Below, piece after piece: positions 57,836 to 64,000 of a stretch of DNA of 64,000 nucleotides. The notes below the pieces were generated by a model. The model worked only from the letters and a program-made list of their open reading frames with translations, did not search any database and was not told where the DNA came from. Each line of letters starts with the position of its first letter. Position 1 is the stretch's first letter. The stretch comes from Flammeovirgaceae bacterium (GTDB lineage: Bacteria > Bacteroidota > Bacteroidia > Cytophagales > Cyclobacteriaceae), in NCBI GenBank assembly GCA_024638265.1, contig JAHEKQ010000011.1:1333-65332 (forward strand), read 5' to 3'. The position numbers were made by a program, and so were the translations under genes.

Positions 57836-59664
57836 TTGATTGTGTTGTTGAGCCACCAGCGGTGTAGCAGAATTAAAGTCCATATCCGGTAATACCAATG
57901 GTCCACACCCCTTATGTAATATTGTTGTTTGATGTATTCAGCATATTTCACGTTAACCAGACCACAACTTTCAATAACTTCCACAGATAGATACTGGTCT
58001 GCGAGGTACTTCAGGTCGGTACGCAACCATTTCACCATGGGTGGAGAGAGTCCCCATTTGGGTCTGTTGAAAAGTCCGGGTGGAAAATAATTCAGCATCA
58101 CTTCCTTTAGCAAGTGCTTCAGGGTTCCGTTTTTCCATTTCTCCTTGAATGGTGTCATCAGGATATACTCCAACAATTCATGATCCAGCAGTGGAACTCT
58201 TACCTCCAGGGAATGCTGCATAGAGGCCCTATCTACTTTTACGAGGAGATCATCTTTGAGGTATGAATTAATATCGAAAATGTTTTGATTCTCGACGAGG
58301 TTCAGTTGCTTGTAATACGGGACATCCTGCGAGCTATCCAATAATCCGGGGAAGTGTTGATCCAGTTCAGATTGAGAAAAGAATCCTTGCTCCTGTGAAA
58401 ATAAGTGTGGTAGAAATTGACCCTGAGAACCCGTATGGAACATGCGGGAGATTCTTTTGAATCGCTCTGAAGGCAACTTTGAGAATCCATAGTTAAGAAT
58501 GGGTTTGAGGATTTTAACGAGGGGATTACTAACAAATTGCCCGATCTGGTATCGCCCATAACCGTAGAATAACTCATCTCCTCCATCGCCGGATAAAGAC
58601 ACCTTCACAAACTTTACTGCATATCTTGAGATCATACTGGTTGGAATGGCGCTTGGATCAGCGAAGGGTTCATCGTAATTGTCGATAATTGATTCTACCT
58701 GTTCGAGAGCTTCTGATTCCCTTAGGCAAATTTCGTGATACTCAGCACCACACCTTCGGGCGATATCCCTCGCGTAGACACTTTCGTCGTAACTGCTATT
58801 TTCAAAGGAGACATGAAATGCAGGGAGTTTAGTACCGTAGGCCCGGTTTGCAAGCAAAGTTACCAGGCTGGAATCAATTCCTCCACTGAGGAATGTCCCC
58901 ACAGGAACATCCGCGATAAGCCTCTTACTAACAGAATTTTCAATCAGTCGTAAAATTTGTTTAACGGGATTGTTATGGGTTCTTTTGTTGAGAAAGTAAT
59001 CTGAAGAATTCCAAAAATGCCGAATATTTAGCTCCCCGTCCTTATAAATCCCTATACTGCCCGAAGGGAACTTCCTTATATCACCATATGCAGTTAGCGG
59101 TTCCGGGATATACCCGATATTCAGGAAACTCCTTAAAGCCATCCTGTCTGGTTTACTGCTTCCAACCAATGCGATGATTGCCTTTATCTCTGAAGAATAA
59201 ACGAGGGTATCTCCTTTTTGCATGTAGTAGAGGGGTTTGATACCCACTCTATCCCTGTACAGATAGTGAACACCCTCAAGAGAATCGTAGATCACTATGG
59301 AGAACATTCCATTCAACCGGGTTACGAAACCCTCTCCAAAAACCTCAAAAGCCGCAAGGAGCACTTCGGTATCTGATCCCGTTAGGAATTCATAGCCGTG
59401 ATTTTGTTGCAAATCTGAACGTATCTCCAGGTAATTATATATCTCTCCGTTGAAGAGAATCCAATACCGGCCGGACCGATTTTGCATAGGTTGGTTGGCC
59501 TCTTCGCTTAGATCAATGATAGATAGGCGGGTGTGGCCAAGAAAAGCAGACTGAAAGTCCTTAATTCCCGTATTATCAGGCCCCCGGTGAACCAGGCTTT
59601 TTGTGGCTTCTGTAAATTCCTCTAAGCTTACCCTGAGATTCTCTGATCCAAGTATTCCACACAC
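57832..59664 (-). CDS. Asparagine synthase (glutamine-hydrolysing)-like amidotransferase
   Basis: N-terminal nucleophile (M)CGILG after a GTG start, and a PP-loop SGGIDSS; 610 aa. Embedded in a glycan cluster. Confidence 0.85.
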   Translation of the reverse strand: MCGILGSENLRVSLEEFTEATKSLVHRGPDNTGIKDFQSAFLGHTRLSIIDLSEEANQPMQNRSGRYWILFNGEIYNYLEIRSDLQQNHGYEFLTGSDTEVLLAAFEVFGEGFVTRLNGMFSIVIYDSLEGVHYLYRDRVGIKPLYYMQKGDTLVYSSEIKAIIALVGSSKPDRMALRSFLNIGYIPEPLTAYGDIRKFPSGSIGIYKDGELNIRHFWNSSDYFLNKRTHNNPVKQILRLIENSVSKRLIADVPVGTFLSGGIDSSLVTLLANRAYGTKLPAFHVSFENSSYDESVYARDIARRCGAEYHEICLRESEALEQVESIIDNYDEPFADPSAIPTSMISRYAVKFVKVSLSGDGGDELFYGYGRYQIGQFVSNPLVKILKPILNYGFSKLPSERFKRISRMFHTGSQGQFLPHLFSQEQGFFSQSELDQHFPGLLDSSQDVPYYKQLNLVENQNIFDINSYLKDDLLVKVDRASMQHSLEVRVPLLDHELLEYILMTPFKEKWKNGTLKHLLKEVMLNYFPPGLFNRPKWGLSPPMVKWLRTDLKYLADQYLSVEVIESCGLVNVKYAEYIKQQYYIRGVDHWYYRIWTLILLHRWWLNNTIK

Positions 59665-59673
59665 GATCTCAAT

Positions 59674-60384
59674 TTAGGCTAATTTGACAATTATGCTTCC
59701 CTTCCAGGGCTCCATTTTGTAATTGTAATCAGAGAGAGCAGTGAAAAAAGTAGACGAACAGCCTTCAATCATGCGGTCATGTAATTCAATGATAATTATA
59801 TCCGTTTTATCAAGCCATTCCGTATTTGAAGAAAAAAGTGCCTTTTCAGCTCCTTCGATGTCAATCTTGATGAGATCAACATGCTCTTCACCTATTTCGG
59901 TCATGAGCATCGGGATGGTATACGCTTTTATTTCACCTGAATCACTTTCGATTACCGTCCTTTCCCATTCAGAAGCACCTTCTTCCTTGATTTCCATATT
60001 GACCGGTTCATTCCATGCAGCTCCGTGAACCGGGTATATGTTTTTATACCCGGAAATATTTTTTTTCAACTGTGTGAAATTTGATGGATCAGGTTCGAGA
60101 GCGAGAATCTTTGCATAGGGATAACGAGCTGCAAAATACAGAGATGTGTAGCCCACATTAGCTCCAAGATCCAATATTACTCCCGGTGACTCCATCCGAG
60201 CATTATATTCTTCAAACAGAAAAACTTCCCGGAATACTTTGTGATCACTTCCCGGCCATCGGATTAATACCGGACGATTTAGTTGTGGAGGCTTCACTTT
60301 GGAAGACTTTAGGAATTCAACCCGTATCCAGTTGTTCAGCCCCTTCAACAGGCCCATATTCTTGATATATCTGGGAAGGAGCAT
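59674..60384 (-). CDS. FkbM-family methyltransferase
   Basis: SAM motif ILDLGANVGYTSLYFA and the FkbM-style C-terminal region IDLIKIDIEGAE. Confidence 0.8.
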   Translation of the reverse strand: MLLPRYIKNMGLLKGLNNWIRVEFLKSSKVKPPQLNRPVLIRWPGSDHKVFREVFLFEEYNARMESPGVILDLGANVGYTSLYFAARYPYAKILALEPDPSNFTQLKKNISGYKNIYPVHGAAWNEPVNMEIKEEGASEWERTVIESDSGEIKAYTIPMLMTEIGEEHVDLIKIDIEGAEKALFSSNTEWLDKTDIIIIELHDRMIEGCSSTFFTALSDYNYKMEPWKGSIIVKLA

Positions 60385-60385
60385 T

Positions 60386-61261
60386 TTATGTGAATACTTT
60401 GGGTGATTTTTTGATCAGACCTGTAATACCTTCCGGGTAAATGAATAGCGACTTCAATATAAGCCGTAATCCCCTCCATTTATTTTTACCGTCTCCCGCC
60501 CAAGATGCACCAAGGATCCGGTAAGTGATACCCCAGGATTTCCGACGAATAGATGATTTCATCAATCCACTTTCCTCCGCTTTACGGAATACCCTCAAAA
60601 CATCCCGCTCCATCCTGCCTATTCCCTTATGCATATTCATATCATGAATCCTGTAGTACCAGGTAATCTCCGGAAGACGACCAATCCTGTAATTCGCACA
60701 AATCCGGATAAACAGGTCCTGGTCTGCTGAAGTACTCAACTTCGGGTCAAACAAACCCGTTTCTGACAATACTTCCCGCTTTATTATGGCACTGCTCGGC
60801 CCGGGAATACAACTACCCTTCCACAACAGGTAATCCTCCAGTAAGTAACCCTCCTTACCTGCCATTCCACCTTCCGTTCTTTGAGATTCGGCATTAATAA
60901 ATCCTGCATCCGAATGTACAAGGCCATAATCGCCACTCTCAATGACTGCAATTTTTTTCATAAGGTTATCCGGCAACCAAACATCATCACTATCCAGAAA
61001 AGCTACCAGTGAACCCGATGACAGGCGGAATCCATGGTTGCGCGCTTCAGAAACGCCGGAATTTTCCTGACGCACCACTGTGATCCTGTCGTCCTTTTCA
61101 CTGAATTTCCGGCATATCTGATACGTTCCATCTGTGGATCCATCATCCACAATGAAGAGTTCCCAACGGTTGTATGTCTGTTCAATAACTGAACTTACAG
61201 TTTCCATAATGTAGGCTTCAGCGTTATAGGCAGGAATGATTATGGAAACCAGGTTACTCAA
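60386..61261 (-). CDS. Glycosyltransferase family 2
   Basis: VSIIIPAYNAE, VDDGSTDGT and LDSDD motifs. TTG start overlapping the upstream stop (TTGA). Confidence 0.85.
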   Translation of the reverse strand: MSNLVSIIIPAYNAEAYIMETVSSVIEQTYNRWELFIVDDGSTDGTYQICRKFSEKDDRITVVRQENSGVSEARNHGFRLSSGSLVAFLDSDDVWLPDNLMKKIAVIESGDYGLVHSDAGFINAESQRTEGGMAGKEGYLLEDYLLWKGSCIPGPSSAIIKREVLSETGLFDPKLSTSADQDLFIRICANYRIGRLPEITWYYRIHDMNMHKGIGRMERDVLRVFRKAEESGLMKSSIRRKSWGITYRILGASWAGDGKNKWRGLRLILKSLFIYPEGITGLIKKSPKVFT

Positions 61262-62361
61262 AGTGAATTATATAAATTTTTTAACCGACGAATATAAGGT
61301 TCAAGGCTGAATTCTTGAACGGAATCCCACCCATTCACAGATAGTTTGTTCGATAATTCCGGTTCCTTCTTCAACCTTATTAAAGCATCGCAGAGGGCCG
61401 AGGGATCATTAAATGGGACGACCAGGGCATTTTGACCATCTTCGATAAATTCCCTCGCAATTCCAGATTTTGTGAATACGGAAGGAATACCTGCGGCCAG
61501 TGCCTCCACATAGGTCTGTCCGAATGCCTCCACCTCAGGGTTAATAGGTGTATGAACGTAAAAATCCATAAGGTGGTAAATGGCAGCAATATCCTCTTCA
61601 TAGGGTATTTCCCTGAAGTTCTCAGGAGGGAGTTTCTCCTTGAGTAGTTTCTTGATTTCCACGGCATTATTCCCCGTGGCATTTGCAAAAATGAATGTAG
61701 TATCCGGGTAATTCTGCAAGTACAACCTGAAAGCGGGAATTATTGATTTAAATCCCTTCCAGAAGGTAAAACGGGCTATCACACCAATAACATGAGCCTT
61801 GTCTCCTATTGAATATTTGTCAGCAACCTTCTTTATCCTCTCCTTTGACACATCCCTAAAATAATTGAGGTCAAAACCATGATGGATAAGGTGGACCTTA
61901 TTAGAAGATACTCCTTCACGTTCTGTCAGGACATCGCTCACAGTTTTGGAGATCGCAACTATTCCTGTTGCCAGTCGGTTTATTCGCTTGTCAACCCATA
62001 CTCCCTTTTTATGATAAAGGTGATTATATGTGGAACTGTGACGGGTAAATATCCTGTTTTTAATCCCGGCTGAAAGGGATGCAGGAATCCCTGCAATCTC
62101 AGCCTTTCGCAGGTGACAATGAACGATATCAGGCTTGCTTTGCCTTAGGTGCTTCCTTAGTTTGAGCCAGAGTTTAAGGTAGGATCTTTCGTCTATTGTT
62201 TCAGCAGGTATATTCAGCTTCTTCAGGAATCTTTGTAATGCTGAGTCACCCTGACGAAGCAACAGAAATTCCAGGTGGTACTCATCCTTCAACGCTACTG
62301 CAAGCCATTCAAAGGGGAGTGCTTTATCGATATCACTTATTATAAACGTAATCCTTTTCAC
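61258..62361 (-). CDS. Glycosyltransferase, GT-B fold (family 4-like)
   Basis: C-terminal EAFGQTYVEALAAGIPSV motif. GTG start overlapping the upstream stop (GTGA). Confidence 0.8.
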   Translation of the reverse strand: MKRITFIISDIDKALPFEWLAVALKDEYHLEFLLLRQGDSALQRFLKKLNIPAETIDERSYLKLWLKLRKHLRQSKPDIVHCHLRKAEIAGIPASLSAGIKNRIFTRHSSTYNHLYHKKGVWVDKRINRLATGIVAISKTVSDVLTEREGVSSNKVHLIHHGFDLNYFRDVSKERIKKVADKYSIGDKAHVIGVIARFTFWKGFKSIIPAFRLYLQNYPDTTFIFANATGNNAVEIKKLLKEKLPPENFREIPYEEDIAAIYHLMDFYVHTPINPEVEAFGQTYVEALAAGIPSVFTKSGIAREFIEDGQNALVVPFNDPSALCDALIRLKKEPELSNKLSVNGWDSVQEFSLEPYIRRLKNLYNSL

Positions 62362-63173
62362 TTTGACTGGATATGTGAAGCAATCACCTGACTGTAAATC
62401 CTATACCTGAGGAATCGGGGCAGCCATACGAGTTTATCGGCATCAATATAGTCGAGCCATTTTTGCGATGAGAATATTTTCCTCCCGGGTTTGGTACTAT
62501 ATCCCAATTTCCTCCTCACCTTTTCATACTCATTTAGTCGATTTATATATGTGTTGATGTCGGCAGGAGGTAAGTGCCAGGCGTGAAGCCGTGGTTCAAA
62601 AAATATGGGAATATCAACCTCAAATGCACGAAGGGCCAGGTCAAAATCCTCCAGGTCAGGAAGTTCTTCCCGGAAACTGCCCAATTCTGAAAACAGTGCT
62701 GATTGGATTACCATATTGGCTGCGGTAATGTAGGGTTTTTCGAGTTTGGTCCTGGATGAACCCAACGCCCCCTGCCATTTAGCCGACAGGTAAGACTTAT
62801 ATGATTGAAAGTCGCTACGGCATCTATCAGGGTTTTCAAACTGGCCTCCAACCAAGATGCTCCGTGGTTCGTCTTCAAAATGTTTTGTGATCATTTCCGT
62901 GGAGTTGATCGTTGGCTTCATATCGTCATCGAGAAACCACAATAATTTTCCGGAGGCTAATTCTGCTCCAGTATTCCTTGCAGAAGCCCTGCCTTGATTT
63001 GCTTGCCGGTGAATCATTACGATTCCGGGGTGAGGGTTTACTATGGGAGAATCGGAACCATCATCAACGAGAATAATTTCATGGAACCAGGACTTGTTTT
63101 CAACCAACCAGGACAATAAATCCCCAATTCTATCTCCTCCATTGTAGGTCGGTATGATCACAGAGATATTCAT
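62358..63173 (-). CDS. Glycosyltransferase family 2
   Basis: ISVIIPTYNGG, VDDGSD and LDDD motifs. ATGA overlap with the upstream gene. Confidence 0.85.
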   Translation of the reverse strand: MNISVIIPTYNGGDRIGDLLSWLVENKSWFHEIILVDDGSDSPIVNPHPGIVMIHRQANQGRASARNTGAELASGKLLWFLDDDMKPTINSTEMITKHFEDEPRSILVGGQFENPDRCRSDFQSYKSYLSAKWQGALGSSRTKLEKPYITAANMVIQSALFSELGSFREELPDLEDFDLALRAFEVDIPIFFEPRLHAWHLPPADINTYINRLNEYEKVRRKLGYSTKPGRKIFSSQKWLDYIDADKLVWLPRFLRYRIYSQVIASHIQSK

Positions 63174-64000
63174 TTTACTTTCAGTCCCCGGTAAACCTCA
63201 GCGGTTTCAGTAGCAGTTTTTTTCCAATCAAACAATTGACATCTTTCCAAACCTTTTGTAATCCATGTCTTTCTCACTTCTGGATCGAGAAGCTCCAGGA
63301 GTTTACTTTCCAATGAATCCGGTTTCAGGGGATCGAAGTAAACGGCAGCATCTCCTCCCACCTCGGGAATGGAGGCCTTATCGCTGGCCACAACCGGACA
63401 GGCCTGGCTCATTGCCTCGAGTACCGGCATGCCAAATCCCTCTTCAATCGAAGGGTATAAAAATGCCACTGACTGCCTGTAGTATTCCGTGAGCTGCTGA
63501 TCAGAACCTGAATCTACCCGTACAAGGTCACTCAGACCAAGTAGTCGAATCAGTCTCTTTTCATTCTTGCTAAAGGGGAGGCCAAAGCAAATCAGCCTAA
63601 AGTTGTGCTCTTTTAAGAACTTAGCGATTTGAGTGAGCATAGATTCAAAATTCTTGTATCCCGTCCTGGCACCAACATACAATAACTGATCTATTTTTTC
63701 TTGCTGCGAATCTGCCAATGGAAAACTCAGTCCGTGGTATATGACTTTGACTTTACCTGATTCCTCCGGAAAATACCGCGCTATATTCTCTGCTGTATAC
63801 TTAGATACTGAGATCAATACATCTGCCCGTTTTATTATCTCCTTTCTTGCGGACAATAAATTATGCATCTCGGGGCCATAAGCATCTGCATATATCTCCG
63901 GTATGGTATCGTGTACAGTAACAACTAATGGGATATCGCCAATATGCTCGATGAAATAGGGATCCTGCATATCGGTGGGGTGAAAAATATCAAACTCTCC
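63170..64000 (-). CDS. Glycosyltransferase, GT-B fold (family 4-like), N-terminus outside the window
   Basis: EGFGMPVLEAMSQACPVV motif. The reading frame stays open from 63970 to the window edge (GEFDIFHPTD precedes the first M). Confidence 0.8.
   Translation of the reverse strand, partial: GEFDIFHPTDMQDPYFIEHIGDIPLVVTVHDTIPEIYADAYGPEMHNLLSARKEIIKRADVLISVSKYTAENIARYFPEESGKVKVIYHGLSFPLADSQQEKIDQLLYVGARTGYKNFESMLTQIAKFLKEHNFRLICFGLPFSKNEKRLIRLLGLSDLVRVDSGSDQQLTEYYRQSVAFLYPSIEEGFGMPVLEAMSQACPVVASDKASIPEVGGDAAVYFDPLKPDSLESKLLELLDPEVRKTWITKGLERCQLFDWKKTATETAEVYRGLKVK

Overview
This 64 kb window looks like ordinary chromosome from a Bacteroidota-type genome. That placement rests on gene content and order: a type III glutamine synthetase, a GSCFA protein, DUF3467 right after rpoC, DUF721 after recF, the tRNA-Tyr/Gly/Thr-tuf-tRNA-Trp-secE-nusG order, and recurring TAnnTTTG -7 boxes upstream of genes. 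No database search was possible. Most of the window is core housekeeping: htrA, bioF-bioD-bioA, glnN, priA, rpsF-rpsR-rplI, ung, pbpC, cls, ssb, rpsL-rpsG-fusA-rpsJ, secE-nusG-rplK-rplA-rplJ-rplL-rpoB-rpoC, recF, pdhA, ribH, icd and panB. The right end (56.6-64 kb) is a tightly packed glycan biosynthesis cluster that runs off the window. I found no integrase, transposase, CRISPR array, toxin-antitoxin pair or recognisable defence gene, so I do not claim a new multi-gene system. The most unusual items are listed here.
- A 526 bp GC-rich nest of head-to-head tandem arrays, perfect hairpins and G-tracts sits between two convergent methyltransferase genes (19254-19779).
- An exported SPOR-like/OmpA-like protein carries a roughly 200 aa repeat domain made only of N, Q, T, G and rare D. 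It is translationally coupled to a TPR lipoprotein and lies just downstream of pbpC.
- DUF3467 is translationally coupled to rpoC.
- The ribosomal-protein super-operon is cut right after rpsJ.
- The SSB lacks the canonical acidic C-terminal tip.
The ORF track translates TTG and GTG starts as M, so many 5' ends were re-evaluated by eye. All coordinates and repeat alignments were derived manually.
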